Below, in pieces: positions 8,505 through 17,716 of a stretch of 64,000 nucleotides of DNA (its first letter is position 1; the number at the start of each line of letters is the position of its first letter). The notes under the pieces were generated by a model. It was not told the origin of the DNA and searched no databases. It saw nothing but the letters and a program-made list of their open reading frames with translations. This DNA is from Candidatus Limnocylindrales bacterium (GTDB lineage Bacteria; Patescibacteriota; Microgenomatia; Levybacterales; UBA12049), in assembly GCA_035526025.1 (NCBI GenBank), contig DATLDE010000018.1, positions 11,292 through 75,291 of the forward strand, in the 5' to 3' direction. The position numbers were made by a program, and so were the translations under genes.

Positions 8505-8792
8505 TTAGGCGGATTTTAGAAGGTGTGCTTTTTTGATATCAGCCTTTTTCTGAAGATTTTCGGCAACTCTGTCTTCTCTGTCACTTTTTATCTTATCTCT
8601 TTTTGCTTTTTGTGCTGAAAGCTCTTTATCAACTACTTTTTGGCATTCTTTATCAGGACATACATTAAGTGTGCGAATTACTGAAATTGTATTACCTGAA
8701 AAAGTAACAGTTTTTTCTTTCCACTTTTTTGTCTGAATTCTTTCTTTTCCACATCTGGTGCAGGGGTTAGTGTACTTGTTATTCATTGCCAT
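8505..8792 (-). CDS. small zinc-ribbon protein (CxxC...CxxxxC), Lys-rich C-terminus
   Basis: 95 aa ORF between tRNA genes with two Cys pairs. No recognised family. Confidence 0.45.
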   Translation of the reverse strand: MAMNNKYTNPCTRCGKERIQTKKWKEKTVTFSGNTISVIRTLNVCPDKECQKVVDKELSAQKAKRDKIKSDREDRVAENLQKKADIKKAHLLKSA

Positions 8793-8855
8793 ATGTTTAT
8801 GGGGAAATTATACCAAAAATAAGCTTAAAAGTCAAATAGTGGGGCTAGGATTTAG

Positions 8856-8926
8856 AGCGGGTGAAGGGAATCGGACCCTCGTATCAACTTTGGAAAAGTT
8901 GTGTTCTACCATTGAACTACACCCGC
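8856..8926 (-). tRNA. tRNA-Gly (anticodon TCC)
   Basis: GCGGGTG acceptor, discriminator U, anticodon stem CAACT/AGTTG with loop TTTCCAA. The T-loop reads TCCGATT (C at position 55), which is slightly atypical. Confidence 0.7.
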
Positions 8927-9049
8927 ATTTAAGAGAGTTAAGTATAACAAAAATATGGTATTACCTCAAGTTCATAGCAAGCCTTACTTGCATACGAATG
9001 TTAATGGGATTAAAATCACAGAACAGGTGTTAATATCTGGTCATAATTT

Positions 9050-9670
9050 ATGAGTAAAATGCTTACAACGGACAACTATGAAAAAAACACTGTAGGTGCC
9101 TCTTTAAGGAAATTTTCTTTTTTACAACGATTTCTTATAGATAACTTCAATAAAATTCTTATTTCTGAAGTAAAAAAGTTAAAACCCTCAAGCATTCTTG
9201 ATGCAGGGTGCGGAGAAGGTTTTACATTGAAAAGACTTAAAGACGCAGGAATAGGCAAGAAATTGGAGGGATTTGACTATTTGGACCGCGCGGTGAAATT
9301 GGGAGCCAAACAGTATCCTGGGCTAAATATAAAAAAGGGTGATATCTATAAAATTAATAGCAAGGCCAATAGTTTTGATGTCGTGATCTGCAGTGAGGTT
9401 CTTGAGCATCTTGAGAGACCAGAGGATGCAATACGTGAGCTCATACGGGTTTCTAAGCGCTATTTGGTGCTATCTGTGCCACAAGAACCTTTATTTATGC
9501 TGGGAAATTTATTAAGAGGGAAAAATGTTAGAAGGTTTGGAAATGATATAGAGCATATAAATCACTGGAGTAACGGTTCATTTGTTAAATTTGTAAGCAA
9601 ACATCTGAAGGTAAAACAAAATATAACTCCCCTGCCATGGACATTACTCGTTGCAGAGAAAAAAATGTGA
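9050..9670 (+). CDS. class I SAM-dependent methyltransferase
   Basis: Motif I ILDAGCGEGF, acidic motif II, motif post-II VVICSEVLEHL. Confidence 0.7.
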   Translation: MSKMLTTDNYEKNTVGASLRKFSFLQRFLIDNFNKILISEVKKLKPSSILDAGCGEGFTLKRLKDAGIGKKLEGFDYLDRAVKLGAKQYPGLNIKKGDIYKINSKANSFDVVICSEVLEHLERPEDAIRELIRVSKRYLVLSVPQEPLFMLGNLLRGKNVRRFGNDIEHINHWSNGSFVKFVSKHLKVKQNITPLPWTLLVAEKKM

Positions 9671-9674
9671 AATT

Positions 9675-10664
9675 TTAATTTTTGGACTCAAGACTTTTAA
9701 ACAAAACTACAATAAACGATATAAATGGAATAGCAAGTAGCGCCCCGGAAATGCCCATCAAATTTGTACCAATCATAATACCGAGAATTACAACAACCGG
9801 ATTTAAGCCTACTGCTTTTTGCATAACTTTAGGAACAAGAATCTGATTCTCCACAGCCTGAATCAAGACGTATAGTGTAACTACTGCCATTGCCTTGGTT
9901 GGAGAAATGGTAAGTGCGATAACAATAGCAGGAATAGATGAAAGTATAGGTCCGATTGTGGGAACAACTTCAAGTAAGCCGGCAAACAAAGCAAGTGGAA
10001 GTGCATAGGGAAGACCCAAGATAGTAAGACCTATCCAGGAAAACAAACCTATAAATACACAGAGTTGTATTTGCCCTCGAAGCCACGCGCCTAACTTAAA
10101 GTTAATCTGATCCAAAGTTACCAATGCTTTTTCACGAGCATCTTTATGAAACAGATTAGCTACAAATCTTTTAAATGTGTCTTCATACATCAAGAAATAA
10201 AGACTTACTACAGCAACTGTGATAATGGAAAACAGTCCCCCGAACACTTTTGTAGTTACATTAAATGCACTTTTGCCAAAAGTCTCAAATTCGGTACTGA
10301 TATATCTCTCGATTTGTTTAGGGTTGATAGAAACTCCAAATACATCAGCTGATCTGTCGATAAATTTGGGAAAATTTGTGACAAGAGACTGGATCTGATT
10401 TGCGACAAATGGGACAAGGGGGAGAATAAGAAGAAATATCGCAATAATTATCCCAAAATAGGGTATCAAAACTGCTACTACTTTATTTACCCCTCTTTTT
10501 CTAAGATATTCAACCATAGGGAGAACTGCTGCCATGATAATATATGAAAGAAAAATGGAAACAATTATTTCTCTTGTTTGAACAACAAACCAAATTGAGG
10601 CAATAATAAATAAGGCAAAAATCACCTGATTTTTTAATAAATACTTAATGAATTGATGAAACAT
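9675..10664 (-). CDS. AI-2E family transporter (UPF0118/PerM)
   Basis: About 330 aa with 7-8 TM helices and typical AI-2E layout. Paralog at 33700-34683. Confidence 0.8.
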   Translation of the reverse strand: MFHQFIKYLLKNQVIFALFIIASIWFVVQTREIIVSIFLSYIIMAAVLPMVEYLRKRGVNKVVAVLIPYFGIIIAIFLLILPLVPFVANQIQSLVTNFPKFIDRSADVFGVSINPKQIERYISTEFETFGKSAFNVTTKVFGGLFSIITVAVVSLYFLMYEDTFKRFVANLFHKDAREKALVTLDQINFKLGAWLRGQIQLCVFIGLFSWIGLTILGLPYALPLALFAGLLEVVPTIGPILSSIPAIVIALTISPTKAMAVVTLYVLIQAVENQILVPKVMQKAVGLNPVVVILGIMIGTNLMGISGALLAIPFISFIVVLFKSLESKN

Positions 10665-10788
10665 GCTCTTACTTCAAACTATAATACATATACATTTTGA
10701 ATTCAATAAGAAGTATTTTAAAATTTAAATATATGTAAATTGCACAATGTCTGCTTAATTGATAAAATAGAGTTCTGCTTTGCATGAA

Positions 10789-10861
10789 GCGCCCATAGCT
10801 CAGCTGGATAGAGCACGTCGGTTCTAACGACATGGTCGGGGGTTCGAATCCCTCTGGGCGT
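10789..10861 (+). tRNA. tRNA-Arg (anticodon TCT)
   Basis: GCGCCCATAGCTCAGCTGGATAGAGCA start typical of Arg. Anticodon loop GTTCTAA. One C-A mismatch at the top of the anticodon stem. Confidence 0.75.
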
Positions 10862-10874
10862 ACTAATCCAAGAT

Positions 10875-11579
10875 ATGAACTCAAAGCTTATTAAATTCAT
10901 AAATGAAATACCTGGTTGGCTTAGTGAGAAGGAAGCTATATTTTTGTCACAAGTTGCTAAAAATAGCCAGAAATATAAGGGTGATATAGTTGAAATTGGA
11001 AGCTTTCATGGCAAATCAACAATTTGCCTAGCACAGGGAAAGGGAAAAGTGTATGCAATCGACCCACATAAAGGATATGTTGAAGCGAATAAGGTCTTTC
11101 CTTCCAGTTATACTAAATTTTTAAAAAGCATTAATGAAGCCCGAGTTAATAAAAAAATTGTTCCTCTTGTAATGAAATCCAAAACAGCCTCCAAAACATG
11201 GAAAAGGAAAATCAGATTACTTTTTATAGACGGCCTTCATGATGAGAAAAACGCTTTCCAGGACTATGAACTTTTCAACAATTATGTAATTGAAAACGGA
11301 ATAGTTGCAGTTCATGATAGTTTTCTGAGATGGTGCGGTTCAGAAAAAATGGCAATGAAAAAAATTGTAAATTCTTCAGAGTATTATAAGATTGGAATCG
11401 TAGGGTCAATTATTTATGGTGTTAAAGGTCAGGGTACTCTCTCAGATAAAATTATAAAATTAGCCTTGAGTGTGGCAATCAATACATTAGTTAAATTAAA
11501 TCACCTAAAACTAACAATCTTTAACCTGCCTGAGATACTAAAAACAAAAATTCTCCCTCGTTACAATATAGACCTATAG
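10875..11579 (+). CDS. class I SAM-dependent methyltransferase (Methyltransf_24 / TylF-like)
   Basis: VEIGSFHGKST glycine-rich motif and LLFIDGLHDEKNAFQDYE (DGxH) motif. Confidence 0.55.
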   Translation: MNSKLIKFINEIPGWLSEKEAIFLSQVAKNSQKYKGDIVEIGSFHGKSTICLAQGKGKVYAIDPHKGYVEANKVFPSSYTKFLKSINEARVNKKIVPLVMKSKTASKTWKRKIRLLFIDGLHDEKNAFQDYELFNNYVIENGIVAVHDSFLRWCGSEKMAMKKIVNSSEYYKIGIVGSIIYGVKGQGTLSDKIIKLALSVAINTLVKLNHLKLTIFNLPEILKTKILPRYNIDL

Positions 11580-11617
11580 TTGCAATATTCTCTGATTTTT
11601 GGTATACTGATTTAATT

Positions 11618-12166
11618 ATGCGCATTGCAGAAGTTAATCTTATCGTACATCCAGATTATGATGCTCTTTATAACGGGGACACATCAGCAACCTTGCACCC
11701 TTTGCAGAAGGGCTTAAGAGCTGCATGGTCCCAACGTACATCAGAGATAGCATTAAGAGAGAATTCATTATTAATTTATGTATCCGCACTACAAGCAAAA
11801 GACTTAAGAAAGCCACGCTCATACCTTAAAGGAATAAAGAAAGATGATGTGAGTAGAATATCGGATTGGAGAAAAATGCTAGGAGATAGATTAATCGTTT
11901 TTCCAAAAGAACCTTCTGTAACACGCACAGTGCTAGCAGATACTTTTAATCAAAGAGGGTATTCCTTGGATCAGGAAAATGCAATTTTAGTAGCTTACGG
12001 TGAATATGAGGAATTATGCGTTAAGGGTGAGAGTGAATTATTTCAAGATAGTCTGGGAATTCCAGATTCAAGAACATTTATAGACAGAAGACAATCATTA
12101 GCTTATTGTGATTATGATGCTGAAGCACAAATGATATCACCACGTAGACAGAAGGAATATGTCTAA
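11618..12166 (+). CDS. hypothetical protein
   Basis: 182 aa ORF in the operon. No recognisable motif. Confidence 0.4.
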   Translation: MRIAEVNLIVHPDYDALYNGDTSATLHPLQKGLRAAWSQRTSEIALRENSLLIYVSALQAKDLRKPRSYLKGIKKDDVSRISDWRKMLGDRLIVFPKEPSVTRTVLADTFNQRGYSLDQENAILVAYGEYEELCVKGESELFQDSLGIPDSRTFIDRRQSLAYCDYDAEAQMISPRRQKEYV

Positions 12167-12181
12167 TAAATTATTTTAATT

Positions 12182-13420
12182 ATGCTAATCAACAATATAC
12201 ATGTATCTAAAAGTAAAAACCTGATTCATTTGTCAGCCAATATTAAATTTAAGAACCAAAAAGCCGACCGAATGTATTTTTCTACGAGTAGCATAAATGC
12301 TTCTTTAATTTCTTATGACTACTCCCCTTTTCTGGCAAGTGTACTTTTGCCATGCATGAAAAAAGGTGAAGATATAGTTATTGACGGAACTGTCTCAAAA
12401 AAACTACTGGTAAATATTGAAAAGATTATGGATCTTGTCACCTCATGGGGCGTAGGGTTTAAACATATTAATATTCAATCAGGGATTACAAATCACGCTT
12501 ACTTAAAAAACAAAAGAACTTCTGCTGCTTTTTTCTCAGCAGGAGTTGACTCTTTTTATACGTATCTAAAACATAAAAAAACAAATAGTAAAATACAAAA
12601 TCTTATTCTTATCCACGGGTTTGATATACCTCTTGAAAATAAAAATCTATTTACAAAGACAAAAAAAATAGTTGAAAGTATTGCCCTTGAAGAAAAGATC
12701 AAAGCAATTTCTGTCACAACCAACGCCGGGGAAATTGTCGAAAAAGTGCTGATATGGGATCTTTCGCATGGAGGAGTTCTAGCTGCAGTTGGATTATTTT
12801 TGGGAAAAGGAATAGGAAGAGTCTATATCCCGGGGGGTTTGAAAAAAAGTGAACTATTTCCCTACGGAACATATCCCGAATTAGATAAACTATGGTCAAC
12901 TGAGAAAACCCAATTTTTGCATGATGGCACAGAGTACAATAGATTGGGAAAAATTATGCACGTTGTTTCTAAATCTGATTTGGCACTTAAGCACTTGAGA
13001 GTATGCACGCAAAATATAAAAGGTAACTATAATTGCTCGCGATGTTATAAATGTCTCATCACTATGATAGGGCTAGTCTGTTCCAATTCCCTGCAAAGTG
13101 CAAAAACTTTTAAAAAGCTTGATCTTAATAATGTTAAAAATATGTACTATGATTACAGGTTGAAATATAATCTACAAGGCGAGGCGAATTTAGAAATATT
13201 GAAAAAAGAAAATAGAGAACATGAATTGCAGGAAGCAATCAAATACAGTCTTGAGAATTCAAAAAAGCAAAAAATTCACAAAAAGTTATTTGAAGTAATC
13301 GCTTCATTTGATCAAAAATATAATGAAAGAAGACTATATAGATTTGTTTTTAAAATGAATAAAAAGCAGGATAGAAATTTGATCTTTAAAACACTTGGGA
13401 AGATAGGAGCGTTAAAATGA
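12182..13420 (+). CDS. PP-loop ATP pyrophosphatase, QueC-like with Cys4 zinc cluster, atypically long (412 aa)
   Basis: PP-loop SAGVDS (FSAGVDSFYTYL) and a C-x9-C-x2-C-x2-C cluster (CTQNIKGNYNCSRCYKC) matching QueC zinc-ligand spacing. It carries roughly 110 aa extensions at both N- and C-terminus. Confidence 0.5.
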   Translation: MLINNIHVSKSKNLIHLSANIKFKNQKADRMYFSTSSINASLISYDYSPFLASVLLPCMKKGEDIVIDGTVSKKLLVNIEKIMDLVTSWGVGFKHINIQSGITNHAYLKNKRTSAAFFSAGVDSFYTYLKHKKTNSKIQNLILIHGFDIPLENKNLFTKTKKIVESIALEEKIKAISVTTNAGEIVEKVLIWDLSHGGVLAAVGLFLGKGIGRVYIPGGLKKSELFPYGTYPELDKLWSTEKTQFLHDGTEYNRLGKIMHVVSKSDLALKHLRVCTQNIKGNYNCSRCYKCLITMIGLVCSNSLQSAKTFKKLDLNNVKNMYYDYRLKYNLQGEANLEILKKENREHELQEAIKYSLENSKKQKIHKKLFEVIASFDQKYNERRLYRFVFKMNKKQDRNLIFKTLGKIGALK

Positions 13421-13968
13421 ATAGCTTGCTAGTAATGTTATTAACTATAGGAATAATACTTATTAAAATATTCTGGATTAATACAGAAATCAGATATTTC
13501 AAGAATAGATTGAACTTTGAGATGTTCAAAACAAATTTTATCGAACTTGTTATTCTGGTCTCACAAATTTTTGTAGTTTATTATTTTCCGCTTCCTAGAA
13601 CACCTTATGATTTTGTTATCTCGTCGCTTGGAATCATAATGTACGTATTAGGTATGGGATTTGCTGTATGGGCAAGAATTACTATGAATAAGGTGTGGGG
13701 CGTGCCTGGTGAATTCTCTCAAAATCAAACTCATTTCGTTACAACCGGCCCATTTCAGATCTCAAGAAATCCAATTTATCTAGGTTTTATATTTATTTAT
13801 TTTGGATTTGCTATAGCTATTAATAGCTGGCTGATTTTTCTAAGAATTCCACTGTTAATTTACTTTTATAAAGCAGCAAAAATTGAGGAAAAGATACTGG
13901 AGAAGAAATTTGGGAAAAAATACCTTACGTATAAATCTAAAACTCCCCGATTTTTACTTGGTGTCTAA
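13417..13968 (+). CDS. isoprenylcysteine carboxyl methyltransferase (ICMT)/PEMT-family membrane methyltransferase
   Basis: Polytopic membrane protein with GPFQISRNPIYLG motif. Start overlaps the upstream stop. Confidence 0.65.
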   Translation: MNSLLVMLLTIGIILIKIFWINTEIRYFKNRLNFEMFKTNFIELVILVSQIFVVYYFPLPRTPYDFVISSLGIIMYVLGMGFAVWARITMNKVWGVPGEFSQNQTHFVTTGPFQISRNPIYLGFIFIYFGFAIAINSWLIFLRIPLLIYFYKAAKIEEKILEKKFGKKYLTYKSKTPRFLLGV

Positions 13969-13970
13969 TT

Positions 13971-15317
13971 TTATTTAAAACGCTTTTTGATTTCAATTGT
14001 CAGAAACCAGGGAATTGTCATAGCTAAGATCAGGAGATCCAACCCAATTAATCTTGAGATAAGTAATTGTCTGCTATATAGTCTATACGCCCTGTCATAA
14101 GTTATGGTGCCATGAGCGATAAGAATATATAGAGGAGGTAACCATAGCTTGGGGAAAAACCTATTTAATATAGTATCTACTTTATCTTTGATAATAAAGT
14201 ATAATGATCTGCTTTTATCACGAAGTTCTATGAAGTTATCTCTTGCCAAGATCGCCAATGTATCTGTATCTATTTTTCGATTTTCCTCAAACTCTTTAAA
14301 TGCATGAGTTAAATTGTGGCTGTACTTTTTCATAAGCTCTGACACCATCAGACAATCCTCCATTGCTGCACATACTCCCTGGCCATAAAAAGGAATCACA
14401 CCGTGCGCCGCGTCCCCAATTAGTAAAATAAAATCTCTATAGTGCCAGGGATTGGTAAGAATTGTAGTAAATTTCCCAGTTGGTTTATTTAGAAATGAAT
14501 TAACTATTTCAGGGAGCAAAAATTTTAAGTCAGGAAAATTCTTAACTATATACTTTGTAACTATGTCTTTGCTCTTTAGAGTTTCAAAACTATTCTCACC
14601 CTTAAGTGGTAAATTTATCATCAGTGTATTTGATTTATCAGGATTTGGAAAAGCGATAAATAGCGAATTTCTGCGAGGCCATGTATGAGTGGCTGAAGAT
14701 TTTAGCTTTAACAATTTACTTTTTTGAGGGGTTACCTGAACCTCTTTATACCCCCAGTTTTCAAGGGCCAGGACATTTTTTTCATTCTTCTTGTTATTTA
14801 TTATCTTTCTAACAGTAGAATTAACTCCATCAGCACCGATTACAAGATCTGTTAATTTGGTGAACTTTCGTTTTGAAAGGATATTTCGTAACGTGATTTT
14901 TTTATTTGCTTTATCTATGTTCTCCAGTCGAGTATTAAAATTAATTTTTATATTGGAATTTTTTTCAACAATATCTAAAAGCTTACTGTTTAGAATATTA
15001 CGGTTTACAGTGTAGAGGACCTCAGTATCATTTGAGTCATATGGATCATATATATTCCGATTATCAAGATAATGCGCAACATTCCCTTTTGTCAGAACAG
15101 ATATTTTTTTAATATCTTTCCACAGGTCAATTTTCTGAAGAGCTATGATACCTCTTGTGTAAAGAGTGATGTTAAATGATCTGCCGGAGCTCTTTTTTTG
15201 TTTTCTGATATCTGACCTTGCTTCATAAATATCTATTTTATAATCTTCTTTTGCAAGACAAAGCGCCATCAGACACCCTGACATTCCAGACCCGATTATG
15301 GATATATGCTTTTTCAT
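13971..15317 (-). CDS. FAD-dependent monooxygenase, kynurenine 3-monooxygenase (KMO)-like
   Basis: N-terminal GxGxxG (IIGSGMSG), GDAAHGVIPFYGQGVCAAMEDC motif, C-terminal hydrophobic anchor as in KMO. Confidence 0.7.
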   Translation of the reverse strand: MKKHISIIGSGMSGCLMALCLAKEDYKIDIYEARSDIRKQKKSSGRSFNITLYTRGIIALQKIDLWKDIKKISVLTKGNVAHYLDNRNIYDPYDSNDTEVLYTVNRNILNSKLLDIVEKNSNIKINFNTRLENIDKANKKITLRNILSKRKFTKLTDLVIGADGVNSTVRKIINNKKNEKNVLALENWGYKEVQVTPQKSKLLKLKSSATHTWPRRNSLFIAFPNPDKSNTLMINLPLKGENSFETLKSKDIVTKYIVKNFPDLKFLLPEIVNSFLNKPTGKFTTILTNPWHYRDFILLIGDAAHGVIPFYGQGVCAAMEDCLMVSELMKKYSHNLTHAFKEFEENRKIDTDTLAILARDNFIELRDKSRSLYFIIKDKVDTILNRFFPKLWLPPLYILIAHGTITYDRAYRLYSRQLLISRLIGLDLLILAMTIPWFLTIEIKKRFK

Positions 15318-15385
15318 TCAGGATATAATTATATCATGTTACTATAGGTCTGTCAATTAATTAAAGTATAATTTATAATCCTTTT

Positions 15386-15754
15386 ATGAATGAGTTATTC
15401 AGGTTTACAGGAATAGTAATAAGAGGTAAAAACCGGGGAAAAGCTCTGGGTTTCCCGACAGCTAATACCGACATAAGTAAATCTGCAATGCCTGGGATAT
15501 ACATATCAAAAACTATTTACGACAAAAATGAATTTTCATCAATAACATTTATAGGCGAGGTTAAGACTTTTAATGAAAGTAATTTCGCAGCCGAAACATA
15601 TATACTTGATTTCAATCAGGATATATATGGTGAAGAAATTCAAGTTCATATTCTGAAAAAGCTACGTGATAATCAAAAATTTGAATCTGTTGAAAACCTG
15701 ATCCTCCAAATGAAAGAAGATGAAAAACAGACTAGAAAGTATTTCAGAGAATAA
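15386..15754 (+). CDS. monofunctional riboflavin kinase (RibF C-terminal-like domain only)
   Basis: GKNRGKALGFPTAN motif. The 122 aa length leaves no room for an FAD synthetase domain. Confidence 0.7.
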   Translation: MNELFRFTGIVIRGKNRGKALGFPTANTDISKSAMPGIYISKTIYDKNEFSSITFIGEVKTFNESNFAAETYILDFNQDIYGEEIQVHILKKLRDNQKFESVENLILQMKEDEKQTRKYFRE

Positions 15755-15792
15755 AACAATAGTTATTAGTTATATTGTATAATACATAAAAT

Positions 15793-16458
15793 ATGTTCCC
15801 TTTATCTGATTCAATTAAAGCTAATCGCTTTCCATTTCTTAACTATATATTAATTGCGATAACTGTATTTGTTTTTATTCAACAATTGGGAAATCCGGAT
15901 GGAATTATTGCAAGCTATGCGCTCATTCCCGCAAAAGTGGTACTTGGTGATTTCACAACTTTTCTACCATTTATTACTGCGATTTTTCTTCACGGTGGAT
16001 TTTTACATATCATATCCAATATGTGGTTTTTAAAGGTATTTGGAGATAATGTAGAAGGGGTACTGAATCCGCTTGCTTTTTTGCTCTTATATTTTATCGC
16101 AGGAATTGCAGGAAATGTCGTGCAGTTTCTTTTCATGTCAAATAGCGCGATACCTATGCTTGGCGCATCAGGCGCAGTAGCCGGCATACTGGGATGTTAT
16201 TTGATACTTTTCCCACATGCAAAAATCAAAACACTTCTTTTTATTTTCTTTTTCGTAACTATCACAAGAATAAGTGCTACATTCATGCTTGGGTACTGGT
16301 TCCTTCTTCAAATTATCTCTGCAATCGGGTCAATTCCTGAAATGGGTAATCAAGGAGGAGTTGCATTTTTCGCTCATGTAGCAGGGTTTGTGGTAGGTAT
16401 CATATTTGGAAAGATCTACAAATCCAAAGCCCAGTCCTACGAGGTGCATTATGAGTAA
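15793..16458 (+). CDS. rhomboid family intramembrane serine protease
   Basis: GASGAVAGILG (GxSG) and AHVAGFVVG (catalytic His) in a 6-TM protein. Confidence 0.8.
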   Translation: MFPLSDSIKANRFPFLNYILIAITVFVFIQQLGNPDGIIASYALIPAKVVLGDFTTFLPFITAIFLHGGFLHIISNMWFLKVFGDNVEGVLNPLAFLLLYFIAGIAGNVVQFLFMSNSAIPMLGASGAVAGILGCYLILFPHAKIKTLLFIFFFVTITRISATFMLGYWFLLQIISAIGSIPEMGNQGGVAFFAHVAGFVVGIIFGKIYKSKAQSYEVHYE

Positions 16459-16606
16459 TGATCTGGAAAAAAACTTGATATTAATTGGATTAATTGTAGT
16501 TGGGATTGGTTTATTCATGACTTTTTTTCAAAAAGGAGGATCAATTCTTAAATTACCTGGAGATATTACGATCAAAAAAGAAAATTTCGCCTTTTATTTT
16601 CTCTAA
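16451..16606 (+). CDS. DUF2905-like small membrane protein
   Basis: Roughly 50 aa with one TM and an LPGDI motif. Start set at the internal ATG (MSNDLEK). Confidence 0.45.
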   Translation: MSNDLEKNLILIGLIVVGIGLFMTFFQKGGSILKLPGDITIKKENFAFYFL

Positions 16607-16672
16607 CAAGCTCTCTAATTATCAGTGTGGGTATTTCGGTAATATTTTACTTGTTTTTTAGAAAATAAATGT

Positions 16673-17182
16673 TTATGCGTCCACGAATTCATATAATTCA
16701 CTAAATGTTTGTGGAAGTCTTTCTGAGACATCATCATCAAAGTACTCTCCTGAGTCATCAACAAGGGCTAAATTCCCATCAAGGTATCGAGTAATGTTTC
16801 CTTCTTCGTTTATAAGATATGAAGTTGATCCGTTAAATATTGCAGGTTTATCGATTTGACCCTTAGAAGTTTTAGTAAGCTCCATTTCCATTTCCACGCT
16901 ATATGATTCAGTCAAATCTACGTCTATGTGATGTCTCCTTTTCTGCACAATTGCCATTTTATACCCTGAATTACCGACGTTGAATGTAATTCCCGCTGGG
17001 AGACTAATTCTTGTTCTTCTAGAATCCAAAGCTTCTTTTTCCCATAAATCGAACATAGTCGATCTAAAATCAGCATTTGAGAATACTTTCTGAAATGTGT
17101 TTACTATAACATCTCGTGCAACATTTCCAAACTCTGGGTTCAATGGCAACTCCCCATTTTTTCTTAGTTCTGTTCTGTTCAT
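16673..17182 (-). CDS. hypothetical protein
   Basis: 169 aa ORF with no recognised motif. Confidence 0.4.
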   Translation of the reverse strand: MNRTELRKNGELPLNPEFGNVARDVIVNTFQKVFSNADFRSTMFDLWEKEALDSRRTRISLPAGITFNVGNSGYKMAIVQKRRHHIDVDLTESYSVEMEMELTKTSKGQIDKPAIFNGSTSYLINEEGNITRYLDGNLALVDDSGEYFDDDVSERLPQTFSELYEFVDA

Positions 17183-17308
17183 ATGGATAAATTAATGCAA
17201 AAAGTCTAAGGGTAATGTCAGGTACAGATTATACATGAGACGGAGAAATTATGAAACCACTTTATTGCTAATGCAAAATAACAATATTCATATACAATTT
17301 TCAAGTAT

Positions 17309-17716
17309 TTACTTCAATTTTTTTAAAACCCCCTTGCGTTTAACGATATTTTTATAATCCCACTGAATCTCTCTGGCCTTTTTGAGCCAGCGGTGTAGAT
17401 CCTTAATATTTACTTGATCAATTTGTGTATATCGAACGTCCGCTGCTTTGAATGACCCCCCATTTTGAAGACCTGGCTCATCAAATGACTGACCACTCCA
17501 AAAAAGCAATCTGACGCTATCTCTTAACTTGCTATAACCGACAACTGGATTACCCTCCAAAAACCAGACCGGATGAGCATGCCAGATCTTGCTTTCTGCT
17601 TCAGGAAGAATAATGTTGATTTCTTTTTGCAGTAACTCACAAATTTCTTTGTCTGAATTACTTTGTAAATTATTGTATTCTTGTATATTTTTATTCATGC
17701 CGCAAGAAGTGCCCAA
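17309..17716 (-). CDS. DUF1801 (YdhG-like) domain protein
   Basis: WHAHPVWFLEGNPVVGYSKL pattern. Markedly GC-richer than its surroundings. Confidence 0.45.
   Translation of the reverse strand: MGTSCGMNKNIQEYNNLQSNSDKEICELLQKEINIILPEAESKIWHAHPVWFLEGNPVVGYSKLRDSVRLLFWSGQSFDEPGLQNGGSFKAADVRYTQIDQVNIKDLHRWLKKAREIQWDYKNIVKRKGVLKKLK

Noticed and set aside
8758-9033. 91 aa plus-strand ORF across the tRNA-Gly locus
   Set aside because: It overlaps tRNA-Gly on the opposite strand (GLGFRAGEGNRTLV is the antisense of tRNA sequence). There is no SD.
10669-10900. Two minus-strand ORFs (71 and 60 aa) containing GIRTPD / GFEPPT
   Set aside because: They are antisense translations of tRNA-Arg(TCT). The GFEP/GIRT peptides are typical artefacts of tRNA T-arms.
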